In this document: positions 1 through 9,350 of the stretch, piece by piece
Layout of the letters: each line of letters starts with the position of its first letter
How positions within the stretch are numbered: the first letter of the stretch is position 1
Assembly: GCA_964450735.1 (NCBI GenBank)
Contig: CAYVDC010000002.1
Coordinates: 703-64,702 of the forward strand
Origin: an uncultured Candidatus Saccharibacteria bacterium
GTDB lineage: Bacteria > Patescibacteriota > Minisyncoccia > Phycocordibacterales > UBA9973
Direction of reading: 5' to 3'
Length of the DNA stretch: 64,000 bases
Notes under the pieces: generated by a model
Seen by the model: the letters and a program-made list of their open reading frames with translations, nothing else
Database searches by the model: none
What the model was told of the DNA's origin: nothing
Program-made: the position numbers and the translations under genes

Positions 1-45
1 TACTACAGTTTCTATTTGTATTGGTGTTTTTGTTTCCATATATGA

Positions 46-945
46 TTACCCGTTAAACGCTTCTTCTAATTTCGCGATGTCGATTTTCTTCATCTGCATC
101 ATTGCGCCCATTGCTCGGTTTGCTTTGTCTCGTTCAGGACTGCTAAGCATCTTTCCCATATCCTTCCAAGCGATCTGCCACGAGACACCATACTGATCTT
201 TGAGCCATCCGCATTGTTCTGAATTTTTATCAGCTGAGAGCTTGTTCCAGTAGTAATCAATTTCCTCTTGATCGTTACAACTCACGAGAAGTGAGATTGC
301 TTCATTGAAAGTAAACGCATGCTCGCCCGGACCATCCATGGCAACAAATTTCTGTCCTTCGATAGTAAAGTCTGAATACATTACTTTACCTTCTGCACCC
401 GGAACCTGATCGGCGCCGTACTTCTGCAATTCCAATACTTTTCCGTCCTTGAACACTGAAGTATAAAAATTGATTGCCTCTTCTGTTTTGCCGAATTTGT
501 CGCCGGTAAACAAGAATGCAGGCAGGATCTGTCGTGGAGCGCCATTGTCAGCATAGATAAGCTGCCAGGTAATGCCATACTTATCTTTGATCCAACCGTA
601 GTATTCGCTGAATGGATATTTGTCGAGCGGCATCATTGCTTCTCCCCCTTCTGACAGTTTATCCCACACCTCTTTCAATTCATCTTTGTTGGTGAAATTC
701 ACCATGAATGAAATTGCCGGAGTGAATTTGAAGAGCGGACCGGCGTTAAGCGCGAGGAAATGATATCCTTCGATTTCGAATTCTGTTGTCATTACTGTAC
801 CTGGCGTCATGCCATGGATTTCCTTGCCAGCTTCAAGATACCGAGCAGTCGCTCCGATTTTACCGTTCTTGAAAATAGAAGTATAAAACTGTGAGGCTTC
901 TTCGGCTTCGTGAGAGAACCAGAGATGCGGAGTGATTTTTTGCAT
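46..945 (-). CDS. Tandem two-domain VOC/PhnB-like protein (glyoxalase/3-demethylubiquinone-9 3-methyltransferase-domain family)
   Basis: 299 aa starting MQKITPHLWF. It has two internally repeated ~140-aa halves, each with the YGxxWQ motif typical of the PhnB-like VOC fold. Confidence 0.6.
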   Translation of the reverse strand: MQKITPHLWFSHEAEEASQFYTSIFKNGKIGATARYLEAGKEIHGMTPGTVMTTEFEIEGYHFLALNAGPLFKFTPAISFMVNFTNKDELKEVWDKLSEGGEAMMPLDKYPFSEYYGWIKDKYGITWQLIYADNGAPRQILPAFLFTGDKFGKTEEAINFYTSVFKDGKVLELQKYGADQVPGAEGKVMYSDFTIEGQKFVAMDGPGEHAFTFNEAISLLVSCNDQEEIDYYWNKLSADKNSEQCGWLKDQYGVSWQIAWKDMGKMLSSPERDKANRAMGAMMQMKKIDIAKLEEAFNG

Positions 946-1046
946 ATGATGACTGTTTACCTACCTGGGTAATGACTAGTATTGTAATAGATCAATTATA
1001 TCAATTTTTAGCGCATATTACATAATAATGCTATAAATAATTTACT

Positions 1047-1670
1047 GTGATTTTTAAAGATATTTCGACAGCAATCATACTCGGACTTATCGGCGGCCTG
1101 ACACCAGGACCTGTCATTATCCTTGCCCTTTCTGAAATTCTACGTTCTCCAACAAAAGGAATTTCAAACGGCACCATGTATATAGCCGTAGCAGGACTGA
1201 CTGAATTTTGTATTGGGTTTTTCCTAGTGGCGACATCATCATGGCTGAAAATTCCTCCTTTTATTTTTCATATGCTTGCTGTTGTCGGAGCTTTTCTACT
1301 GTTTTACATTGCCTTTCAACTTTACAAAATTAAACATTTTCAATACGAACAGGAAAATAAGAAAGTTGGCGTAAAACATATAATCATGCTCATGATTTTA
1401 AACGGACCAATGTGGCTATTCTGGATTTCAGTATGCCTCCCTATCGCTTTCAGTCTTGGAAATCAAATCCACTACGGGCAATATCTGTTCATCGCCATAT
1501 TCGAAGTTTCAATGGTTACGGCGCTTGCCGCAATATTCTTTAGCTTCCGACTACTTAGGAAATATCTTTCAAACGAAAAAATCGTCGGGAAAGTTTTTAT
1601 TATTCTCTCTGTCCTCATTTTCTTGATAGGATTGAGACTATTATATTCAGAAGTAAGTCTTTTGCTGTAA
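1047..1670 (+). CDS. LysE/RhtB-type amino-acid exporter family membrane protein
   Basis: 207 aa with about 6 TM segments and an N-terminal GLxPGPV motif characteristic of LysE-type translocators. Confidence 0.5.
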   Translation: MIFKDISTAIILGLIGGLTPGPVIILALSEILRSPTKGISNGTMYIAVAGLTEFCIGFFLVATSSWLKIPPFIFHMLAVVGAFLLFYIAFQLYKIKHFQYEQENKKVGVKHIIMLMILNGPMWLFWISVCLPIAFSLGNQIHYGQYLFIAIFEVSMVTALAAIFFSFRLLRKYLSNEKIVGKVFIILSVLIFLIGLRLLYSEVSLLL

Positions 1671-1671
1671 C

Positions 1672-1974
1672 ATGAAAATACTCGACCGCACAAAAGTAAA
1701 GAAATTTCAGGAAATTCCAAACGTCGGTCCGCGGATCGCCCATGATTTTCGAACGCTTGGCATCAAGTCCCCTGCCGATCTTGCAAAGCAAGACGCCATG
1801 AAGATGTATCTTAAACTAGAGAAGCTGACGAATTCAAAACAAGACCCATGCGTGCTCGACACCTTTATGGCTGCAGTAGATTTCATGCGAGGAGCAGAAG
1901 CGAAACCATGGTGGCACTACACGCCAGAACGAAAGAAATTACTTTCGAAAAAAGTAAATCTGAAATTCAAATAA
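1672..1974 (+). CDS. Helix-hairpin-helix domain protein (Cdd1-like)
   Basis: 100 aa with IPNVGPRIAHDFRTLGI, DPCVLD and PWW motifs, as recalled for Cdd1-family HhH proteins. Confidence 0.5.
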   Translation: MKILDRTKVKKFQEIPNVGPRIAHDFRTLGIKSPADLAKQDAMKMYLKLEKLTNSKQDPCVLDTFMAAVDFMRGAEAKPWWHYTPERKKLLSKKVNLKFK

Positions 1975-2009
1975 CATACCGGGCGCGGCCTACGGCCGCG
2001 CCCGGTATG
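1975..2009. terminator. Bidirectional rho-independent terminator between convergent genes
   Basis: Perfect GC-rich inverted repeat cataccgggcgcggcc-tacg-gccgcgcccggtatg. Confidence 0.7.
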
Positions 2010-2032
2010 TATAAAAATTCCTACTTTTTATC

Positions 2033-3742
2033 CTAACTGAATGTAAACGCATACGCTTCCAAACCCTTTTGCATCACTTTGATTTCAAGCACATGCTCGC
2101 TTGGACCGTCTTTTAGATCAACGAGGGTATACAACCGTGCCTCATTAAATTGCACCAATCCATTTTTTACATCGCCCCCCGCCTGATCCACGGTGATCAA
2201 TTTTCCATCAAGAAAAATCTGCGCATTTGCAGGAATGGCAGACGAAGCTACCAAGTGAACTTTTGAAGCGCTGAAATGATACCTGATCGACCCTGCGTCA
2301 CTCGATAATTCAGCATACTCAGGTTTTTCATCCCAATCTCCTGTAAGCGAATAGCGGTTCTTTGGAAGATTTCCATTTCCGCTGTATGCATATTCGCTTC
2401 GTTCGCTACCCAAATATGTTTCAGGACTTTGGTTAAAACCGCCAAGCTCTGTTTCAGGCATTTGGTTTGCACCGAGCATGACAGAGGGCTCGCCCAAGAG
2501 TTTTGCTCGTTCATTCAAAAGTTCGACTATCTTGCTTTCAGTCACATCATAATTCCCCTCGCCAATATGATCGTAAACGACATATCCATCAATATCAATA
2601 AGATACTTTCGCGGCCAATAATTATTACCATACGCATTCCACGTTCCATAATTATTGTCCAGCACTAATGGGAATTTCAAGCCGAATTGCTTTGCGGCTG
2701 CTTCAACATTTTTTTGCAAATGTTCAAAAGCGAATTCAGGAGTATGAATGCCGATAATGATTAAACCTTTATCTTCATATTTGGTATACCAATCATTGAG
2801 ATATGGAAATGTTCGCTGACAATTAATACAACTATACGTCAGTATATCGAGAAGAATTACTTTTTTACCAACATACTGACCAATGGTAATCGGCATACTG
2901 TTTGTGTTCACGTATCCGTCTGGGCGAGTAATTTCTTTGTACTTTGCAAACTGAAGTGCTTTTTGTTCAGCAGTAAGAATGCTCGTATTCTGCACCTGCT
3001 CTCCGGCAGGCACTGCTTCGCTGCTTTGCAATAATTTCTGCTCAACTTTAGTGATATCAAAAACGCCGCTACTGATCACACTAGTTTGAATTTTCTTATC
3101 AAGACCGCTCAGGACAAAGATACCAATAAGAAGAAACAAAATCCCAACACCCTTTTTAAGCCACCCCTTTGGGTCTGTAACGGTACCGAGTTTTTCAGTT
3201 ATGCGCTGACCAAGAAGAGAAATAACCAATAATATCAATCCTAATCCAAGAGCATAAGCAACCAAATAAACCAGTCCTTTGCCAAAGCTCTGTGGCAAAA
3301 CTGTGGCAAGAATTACGAAATATGTTGGCGAACAGGAGGAAAAAACCGGACCAAGAGATGCCCCGATAATCACATCTCCCCAGAAATTTTTTTTCTTATA
3401 GCCGGCTCCAAGTACTTTATTGGAACTAATTCCCATTCGCTCAACAAACGGCAGCCGTTCCCAGAGCCCCGGAAAAATCATTGTCAGCGCGACAAGAATC
3501 AAAATGCCGCCCGAAATATACTGCCAGACCTGCGGTGGAATTGTAATAAACGCCGTACTCCATTTGAGAATGAGAGTAAAGAGGACTATAGAAATAATAA
3601 GCGAACCGATGATAACATATGACTTTCGCTTATTTGATCCATCCGAAATGGATCCGCCGATAATCACCGGTAGTAGCGGCAGCACACATGGTGCAAGTAC
3701 TGTAAGCACACCTGCGATAAATGAGAGTAAGAGAAATGTCAT
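2033..3742 (-). CDS. DipZ-type thiol:disulfide protein: CcdA/DsbD transmembrane domain fused to a TlpA-like thioredoxin domain plus a C-terminal domain
   Basis: 569 aa. The N-terminus has multiple TM helices with an APCVLP motif (CcdA/DsbD family). The central part has a CINC thioredoxin motif in a WYTKY context. Confidence 0.7.
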   Translation of the reverse strand: MTFLLLSFIAGVLTVLAPCVLPLLPVIIGGSISDGSNKRKSYVIIGSLIISIVLFTLILKWSTAFITIPPQVWQYISGGILILVALTMIFPGLWERLPFVERMGISSNKVLGAGYKKKNFWGDVIIGASLGPVFSSCSPTYFVILATVLPQSFGKGLVYLVAYALGLGLILLVISLLGQRITEKLGTVTDPKGWLKKGVGILFLLIGIFVLSGLDKKIQTSVISSGVFDITKVEQKLLQSSEAVPAGEQVQNTSILTAEQKALQFAKYKEITRPDGYVNTNSMPITIGQYVGKKVILLDILTYSCINCQRTFPYLNDWYTKYEDKGLIIIGIHTPEFAFEHLQKNVEAAAKQFGLKFPLVLDNNYGTWNAYGNNYWPRKYLIDIDGYVVYDHIGEGNYDVTESKIVELLNERAKLLGEPSVMLGANQMPETELGGFNQSPETYLGSERSEYAYSGNGNLPKNRYSLTGDWDEKPEYAELSSDAGSIRYHFSASKVHLVASSAIPANAQIFLDGKLITVDQAGGDVKNGLVQFNEARLYTLVDLKDGPSEHVLEIKVMQKGLEAYAFTFS

Positions 3743-3764
3743 ATGTTAGATATCGAATTACGTA

Positions 3765-4055
3765 TTATTGCTTCATCATTGCGTCACCTTTCATTTTCAT
3801 GTCGCCATCTTGCATCATTGCATCTTTTGGCATCATGCTAGCATCCTTCATCATAGTTCCACCATCCTTTTTCATCATATCTCCCTGCATCATGGCCTCC
3901 TGCGTCATCATGGCTTTCTTCTCACCAGACTTCACGCCTGAAGCGTACGATACGGCACCTACGATAAGTACCACAACTAGTGCACCGATAATCAACGCAA
4001 TTGAATTACCTCCTTTCATTCCCATGTTCATATCTTCGTGATTCATTTTTTCCAT
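3765..4055 (-). CDS. Small membrane-anchored Met-rich protein (MMxK/D repeats)
   Basis: 96 aa with one TM helix after a His/Met-rich N-terminus. The C-terminal 55 aa consist of MMKKD / MMPKD / MMQDGD-type repeats. The DNA shows catcat periodicity. Confidence 0.5.
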   Translation of the reverse strand: MEKMNHEDMNMGMKGGNSIALIIGALVVVLIVGAVSYASGVKSGEKKAMMTQEAMMQGDMMKKDGGTMMKDASMMPKDAMMQDGDMKMKGDAMMKQ

Positions 4056-4112
4056 AAAGCTATTTCTCCTCGTTTATAATTACTAATCGAACTTTATAGA
4101 GTATATACAAGA

Positions 4113-4148
4113 AGAACCCAAATGTAAAGTTAACTTTACATTTGGGTT
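4113..4148. terminator. Rho-independent terminator
   Basis: gaacccaaatgtaaag-ttaa-ctttacatttgggttc, a perfect 16-bp stem. Confidence 0.6.
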
Positions 4149-4164
4149 CTGGGGAAATCTATGA

Positions 4165-4530
4165 TTAGTGAGCGATTCGATTAAAAATCCGTGCCCCTAC
4201 TTTGCCTATAACCATAGCAATGAGCGCGCCGAGCAGCCATGGATCATATGGCATGTATATTGTCTGCCAAGTTATACCTGCGAGCAATACAAGAATCCCA
4301 AGCGTGTATCCAAAGCGCCCAGAACGGTTTTTATGATCAAGTTCCCTCTCATCATGAACTGTTTCGTGCACAACCAGTCCAGTAAATAACCCAGTACATA
4401 TAAGCAAAAGACCATATACGGTGAGATGCAGGGTATTCGACATTAGCATTCCAAAAGGATTGATGAGCAGAAACCCAAAAACCAACAGAAGTATTGAGAG
4501 CACTAATTCTTTCCAAGTAATGTATTTCAT
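4165..4530 (-). CDS. Small integral membrane protein co-transcribed with the XRE regulator
   Basis: 121 aa with 3-4 TM helices. Its stop lies 7 nt upstream of the XRE gene start. Confidence 0.4.
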   Translation of the reverse strand: MKYITWKELVLSILLLVFGFLLINPFGMLMSNTLHLTVYGLLLICTGLFTGLVVHETVHDERELDHKNRSGRFGYTLGILVLLAGITWQTIYMPYDPWLLGALIAMVIGKVGARIFNRIAH

Positions 4531-4536
4531 AGTAAT

Positions 4537-4743
4537 TTAGTTATCGTACCAAAAAAGTTTTTCGACTGTGGTAGTAAAATACGCCGCAATATCAAGTGCG
4601 AGCGCGACCGACGGAGTATAATTCCCTTTCTCCATGGCAATAACCGTCTGACGCGTGACGCCTACGGCTTGGGCAAGTTCTTCCTGGGTTATTTTTCTTT
4701 TTTGCCGTGTTTCATACACAGCATTTTTGACCACTCGTGACAT
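4537..4743 (-). CDS. XRE-family helix-turn-helix transcriptional regulator
   Basis: 68 aa containing the classic HTH_3 motif ITQEELAQAVGVTRQTVIAMEKG. Confidence 0.8.
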   Translation of the reverse strand: MSRVVKNAVYETRQKRKITQEELAQAVGVTRQTVIAMEKGNYTPSVALALDIAAYFTTTVEKLFWYDN

Positions 4744-4816
4744 GCATACATAGTACTAAAAAATGCTGTTAAGTCAACTTAACATGCTTTCTTGACGACT
4801 ATGATACACTTAAGAT

Positions 4817-5410
4817 ATGAAAACAATTAACAGCCGTACAGCGGAGCATGATATCGACGACGTATTCCTCAAACGTTCTTCCCCGCGAGCAATGTCGGGC
4901 GAACCACTCTCTACCGAAGAACTCATGACACTCTTTGAAGCCGCACATTGGGCGCCTTCGGCAAACAACAACCAGCCGTGGAGATTCCTATACGCAATCA
5001 AAGGGACTCCTGATTTCGACCTTTTCCTTTCATTTCTCAAAGAAAGCAATCAGGTCTGGTGCAAGAACGCTGGAGCGCTCGTGATCGAATTTTCCAAAAT
5101 CCATATGGATGACGGCAAAGACAATGCTACGCATTCATTCGACGCCGGTTCAGCATGGGAAAATCTCGCCCTCCAAGGAGCGCATATGAAGTTGGTTGTT
5201 CATGCAATGGCGGGATACATCAATGAAACATTACGAGAAACACTTGGCGTGAGCGATGAATATCAAACTGAAGCAATGATTGCCATTGGCCATCCTGGAA
5301 ATATCGCTGACTTGCCTGAGCGCTTGCAGGAACGCGAAGCACCGAGCCAGAGAAAAGGTGTTGGTGAAATTGCGTTTGAAGGGAAAGAAGGGGTAAAAAA
5401 TCTAATATAA
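4817..5410 (+). CDS. Nitroreductase-family oxidoreductase
   Basis: 197 aa with the APSANNNQPW nitroreductase signature. Confidence 0.8.
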   Translation: MKTINSRTAEHDIDDVFLKRSSPRAMSGEPLSTEELMTLFEAAHWAPSANNNQPWRFLYAIKGTPDFDLFLSFLKESNQVWCKNAGALVIEFSKIHMDDGKDNATHSFDAGSAWENLALQGAHMKLVVHAMAGYINETLRETLGVSDEYQTEAMIAIGHPGNIADLPERLQEREAPSQRKGVGEIAFEGKEGVKNLI

Positions 5411-5430
5411 ATAGCACTTTATTTGATCAA

Positions 5431-5456
5431 AAAAGCCTATTAATATAGGCTTTTTT
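5431..5456 (+). terminator. Rho-independent terminator
   Basis: aaaagcctat-taat-ataggctttttt hairpin followed by a T-run. Confidence 0.6.
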
Positions 5457-5525
5457 GATCTTGACAAATGATACTTATTATGGTATCATATACATATCTT
5501 TCAAAAAACAATAAAAAATTACGAC

Positions 5526-5909
5526 ATGAGAACTCAAGCCCTTACCCCCGTAAACAAGACAGTTATATTTGTAACAATGATACTAATAGCTATTGCGGCT
5601 TATTATTTTAAGTCCATAACAATAGCTGGCAGCATTGTTGGAATACTACTTGCCTTACTGCCTGAAAAAACTGCCGAGCTTATTTACACTGAACCCTGCG
5701 TAAGAAGCTTTGATACTGCTGAATTCTACGGAATATGCGTTGGAGTAGGGTTAGTTTCTTTTCTTTTCATGCTTCCCTTTTGCACAGTAGAAACACTTTC
5801 TATCCGTTGGGATTACTATGTAATGGGATGCAAAATTGGACTTGGATTAGTTGTAGGGTTATGCCTTACGGTAAAAATACTTGAAACGTATTTTGAAGAA
5901 TACTACTAA
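5526..5909 (+). CDS. Hypothetical membrane protein
   Basis: 127-aa ORF with 3-4 hydrophobic helices and no recognisable motif. Confidence 0.35.
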   Translation: MRTQALTPVNKTVIFVTMILIAIAAYYFKSITIAGSIVGILLALLPEKTAELIYTEPCVRSFDTAEFYGICVGVGLVSFLFMLPFCTVETLSIRWDYYVMGCKIGLGLVVGLCLTVKILETYFEEYY

Positions 5910-6024
5910 AAACTAATACCAACTACCTGCAAACAACAGTCATTAAACACTTAAAGCGATTCCTTTCTGGGATCGCTTTTTTATTGGTCAGTTCACTCTT
6001 TTGTGCTACAGTTTTTTTATACCT

Positions 6025-6783
6025 ATGATAGAAGTCAAAAATCTCAAAAAAGTCTTTACATATAAGGGCAAAGAAATCATCGCCGTCGACAATGTGAGCT
6101 TTACCATTCAACAAGGCGAAGCCGTTGCTTTCATCGGACCAAATGGCGCCGGCAAATCTACGACAATCAAAATGCTGACTGGAATTCTTTGGCCAACAAG
6201 CGGTACTGTTTCAGTACTTGGCTTGTCTCCACAGCATGACCGCAAAGCAGTTGTACAGCAGATTGGCGCAGTATTTGGACAGCGAAGCAATCTCCTTCCC
6301 AACCTTCCCGCAGAAGACACACTCAGGCTCTTGGGAGTAATGTATGGTCTTTCAAAAAAAGAGATCGAAGAACGTATCGCATATCTCGAAGAAACAATGA
6401 ATATCACGGCATTCCGAGGGCAACCGATCCGCACGCTTTCTCTTGGTCAGCGAATGCGCGTTGAGATCGCCTGCGCGCTCGTGCACAATCCTAAAATCCT
6501 TTTTCTTGATGAGCCAAGCATTGGTTTGGACATCATTGCAAAACAGAATTTGCGCGAAACTCTTCAAGAACTTCGCGCCAAGCACAACATCACTATTTTC
6601 CTGACTTCGCACGATGTCGGCGATATCGAAGCAATCTGCGACCGTACCATCGTCGTTAACCATGGAACAATTGTCGTAGACGAGCCAACAAGCGAACTGT
6701 ATAAACTCGTCGACCAAGAAAAGAAGATGGTCATGGTCGGCCCTTCCCTCGAAGATGTTCTCGTCAAACTCTACAATCAATAA
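6025..6783 (+). CDS. ABC transporter ATP-binding protein
   Basis: Walker A GPNGAGKST, the signature LSLGQRMR and Walker B ILFLDEP. I moved the start to the ATG at 6025 (MIEVKNL). Confidence 0.85.
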   Translation: MIEVKNLKKVFTYKGKEIIAVDNVSFTIQQGEAVAFIGPNGAGKSTTIKMLTGILWPTSGTVSVLGLSPQHDRKAVVQQIGAVFGQRSNLLPNLPAEDTLRLLGVMYGLSKKEIEERIAYLEETMNITAFRGQPIRTLSLGQRMRVEIACALVHNPKILFLDEPSIGLDIIAKQNLRETLQELRAKHNITIFLTSHDVGDIEAICDRTIVVNHGTIVVDEPTSELYKLVDQEKKMVMVGPSLEDVLVKLYNQ

Positions 6784-6786
6784 TAT

Positions 6787-7578
6787 ATGTACGCCGGTCT
6801 CTATTACATTTACACAGTGGCAAAGAACAGCGTGGAGCAGCCAAAGAAACTTGTTTTTCAAATGCTGAACCACACGGTTTTTCTGCTGTTCAGTATTTAC
6901 CTCTACAAATATGTGTATGAACTTTTGCCGGGCGTATCATCAAAGCTTCCTTTTTCAAATGCTATCTGGAGTATGTCCATGTATTTTGTTGCGTTCTGGT
7001 TTTCTCTGAGATCAATTGAAAAATTATTCAGTGAAGACATTAAAACCGGAAATGTCGAAATTTATCTTCTCAGACCGATCAGTTACGTCTGGCAAAAAGT
7101 ACTACTGCAGGTTGGACAAGGGTTTATTCCCTTTCTTTCCGCATTAGTGCTTTCTGTCATTATCAATTGTCTAATCGTCGGATTGCCAGAAATGAGCACG
7201 CCAATCGGGGTCTGGATTTTGGCGCTCATAGTCATCTTCGTCTTGAGCCAGATCCTTACCGCTCTTTTGTACATCCTCTGTGGTCTTTCAGGATTCTGGC
7301 TTGAAAATAGCCAGCCAATATACTTTATCGTCAGCAAATTCATCATGATCTTCGGCGGCGCTTGGGTGCCTGTGGCCTTCTTTCCTAAAACACTTCAGAT
7401 CATTGCTGAATATTCTCCATTTGGAGCCTCTCTTGGAATCTCGTACGCAATGTACCCCAACTTTGCCGAACATTTTGGAACATTGGTTCTGACAATTTCC
7501 TTCTGGATTATTATATTCGCCATTCTTACCCAGATCATATCGAAGCGTGCGGCGAGAAAATTATCAGTCAACGGCTAA
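6787..7578 (+). CDS. ABC-2-type transporter permease subunit
   Basis: 263-aa polytopic membrane protein immediately downstream of the ATPase, with a 3-nt gap. Confidence 0.55.
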   Translation: MYAGLYYIYTVAKNSVEQPKKLVFQMLNHTVFLLFSIYLYKYVYELLPGVSSKLPFSNAIWSMSMYFVAFWFSLRSIEKLFSEDIKTGNVEIYLLRPISYVWQKVLLQVGQGFIPFLSALVLSVIINCLIVGLPEMSTPIGVWILALIVIFVLSQILTALLYILCGLSGFWLENSQPIYFIVSKFIMIFGGAWVPVAFFPKTLQIIAEYSPFGASLGISYAMYPNFAEHFGTLVLTISFWIIIFAILTQIISKRAARKLSVNG

Positions 7579-7581
7579 TCT

Positions 7582-8364
7582 ATGAACAACCTTCGTTACT
7601 TCATCGCCCAATCAAAATATAATTTCAAAAATGCCTATGTATTGGGACATTCATTTTGGATCGGCATTATTAGCATGATCTTGAATAACATGACGTTCTT
7701 CATTATCTGGCTTCTGTTCATGCAAGCGACCGGTCCGATCAATGGATGGACCAGCTTAGATGTTTTTGGCATGCTTGGTGTTGCGCTTATAGCTTTCGGA
7801 GTAACACACTCGTTCTTTTACGGCGTACATGAACTGCCGCAATTCGTAGTCCGAGGCACCTTTGACAGCGTCCTTCTCTCCCCTGCAAATGCTTTCTTCA
7901 AACTCGGTGGAACTTCATTCTCCATTACCGCTTACGGCGATCTCATTCAAGGAATCGTAGTATCGATAATCTACGGCGTACTTTCTCATTTCACCCTCGT
8001 TGCTTGGCTGATGTATATCGCGGCCGTCGTTCTCGGTTGCATTGTTTTCCTCTGCATCAAATTACTGACATCACTTGTTGTGTTTTTCATACATGATGGC
8101 GAGGTAATCTCCAGCCAATTATTCGAAATCTTCCTGCGTCCAGGCTTGTACCCTGGCTCGATCTTCCCTGGCAAATTCAAAATATTCTTCATGACTGTTA
8201 TACCGACGCTTCTTACCAGCGCCGTTGCGGTGGACGTCGTGAAGTTGAATTCGCTTTACCTTTTGCTTTTTGCTTTAATCGTAACGCTTTTCTGGGTCTG
8301 CATAGCATACCTTGCCTTCAACAGAGCGGTACGAAGGTACGAAAGCGGAAACTTTTTAAGATAA
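7582..8364 (+). CDS. ABC-2-type transporter permease subunit (second)
   Basis: 260-aa polytopic membrane protein, with a 3-nt gap after the previous permease. Confidence 0.55.
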   Translation: MNNLRYFIAQSKYNFKNAYVLGHSFWIGIISMILNNMTFFIIWLLFMQATGPINGWTSLDVFGMLGVALIAFGVTHSFFYGVHELPQFVVRGTFDSVLLSPANAFFKLGGTSFSITAYGDLIQGIVVSIIYGVLSHFTLVAWLMYIAAVVLGCIVFLCIKLLTSLVVFFIHDGEVISSQLFEIFLRPGLYPGSIFPGKFKIFFMTVIPTLLTSAVAVDVVKLNSLYLLLFALIVTLFWVCIAYLAFNRAVRRYESGNFLR

Positions 8365-8367
8365 AAA

Positions 8368-8904
8368 TTATTTCTTCATCAGTTCCGCCAATTTTCTGAC
8401 TGTATTTACATTCCGCGCCGTCATTCCTTTGTACACTTTCGTGCCTATGAATTTATGCATCTCACTTTTGGTGTAGTATTTCCGATCAAACGTCCACACA
8501 ATTGCGCCTGAAAAGTATTTTAAAACGTCCACATCAGGATTCTGCGCGATAAGGCTGACTGTTTTCTTGCTGTCGAATTCATCCCACAGAAAAAGCACAT
8601 CCGTTCTTCGCTCTTTGTCATTCGTCCATTCTTTTGGAATGGCTTTAGCCAGTTTTTGAATATTTTTCAAATCTCGTATGATCACGCGAACGGCAAACCC
8701 GAATTTCTTTTCAATCCCCTTTTCTATTTCTTTTACCAGAACAGCCGGTGATTTTGAACTTTTAAAAATAACATTGCCAGAATTGATGTAGGTGGAAACA
8801 TCCATATAGCCAAAACCCTCAAACAACGTTTTGAGGGTTTTCATAGGAACTTTGCTGTTCCCTCCGACGTTTATTCCCCGGAGGAGCGCGACGTAGGTGG
8901 CCAT
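8368..8904 (-). CDS. DUF1697-domain protein
   Basis: The start YVALLRGINVGGNSKVPMKTLKTLFEGFGYMDVSTYINSGNVIF matches the DUF1697 consensus. I trimmed the start to M at 8904. Confidence 0.7.
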   Translation of the reverse strand: MATYVALLRGINVGGNSKVPMKTLKTLFEGFGYMDVSTYINSGNVIFKSSKSPAVLVKEIEKGIEKKFGFAVRVIIRDLKNIQKLAKAIPKEWTNDKERRTDVLFLWDEFDSKKTVSLIAQNPDVDVLKYFSGAIVWTFDRKYYTKSEMHKFIGTKVYKGMTARNVNTVRKLAELMKK

Positions 8905-8908
8905 AGTA

Positions 8909-9283
8909 CTAGATCGTGATATTAGGGTGTAGCTTGTGGTATGAACAGTATGAGACAGCGAGAATTGCCAAGATAATGAGCGGGAAGATCGCGCCAAAAC
9001 CAAAGCCGTCTACTATCATGATGCTGATCGAAGCCGAAAGGAAATCGATAACAAATCCAGCATACGCCCATTCCTTAACACGTGCAGGGACCGCAGGAAT
9101 AATGAGTGCCAATGTTCCCAAGACCTTGAAAACCATAAGTACGAACACGAAGTACACAGGATATCCAAGATGAGTAATGCCTGACTGAGCAAATTCAGTA
9201 TGCGATGTAAGCGCTGGCATGACTCCCTCGAATAAGAAGATAAATACTGTTGAAATCCAAAAAGCTATTTTATATTTTTTCAT
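8909..9283 (-). CDS. DoxX-like family membrane protein
   Basis: About 125 aa with 3-4 TM helices, starting MKKYKIAFW. Confidence 0.45.
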   Translation of the reverse strand: MKKYKIAFWISTVFIFLFEGVMPALTSHTEFAQSGITHLGYPVYFVFVLMVFKVLGTLALIIPAVPARVKEWAYAGFVIDFLSASISIMIVDGFGFGAIFPLIILAILAVSYCSYHKLHPNITI

Positions 9284-9350
9284 ATGAGTAATTATAAACC
9301 TTTTTATAAAAAGTAAAAACACGGATTGCTCCGTGTCGTTACTGTTATTT

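Noticed and set aside
46-945. Methyltransferase activity for the PhnB-like tandem protein (family name 3-demethylubiquinone-9 3-methyltransferase)
   Set aside because: The family name is historical. The fold is VOC/glyoxalase-like and carries no SAM-binding motif, so no methyltransferase function is asserted.
1848-2036. 62-aa plus-strand ORF overlapping the 1975-2009 terminator
   Set aside because: It spans the palindromic terminator and the end of the HhH gene and has no motif. It is almost certainly non-coding.
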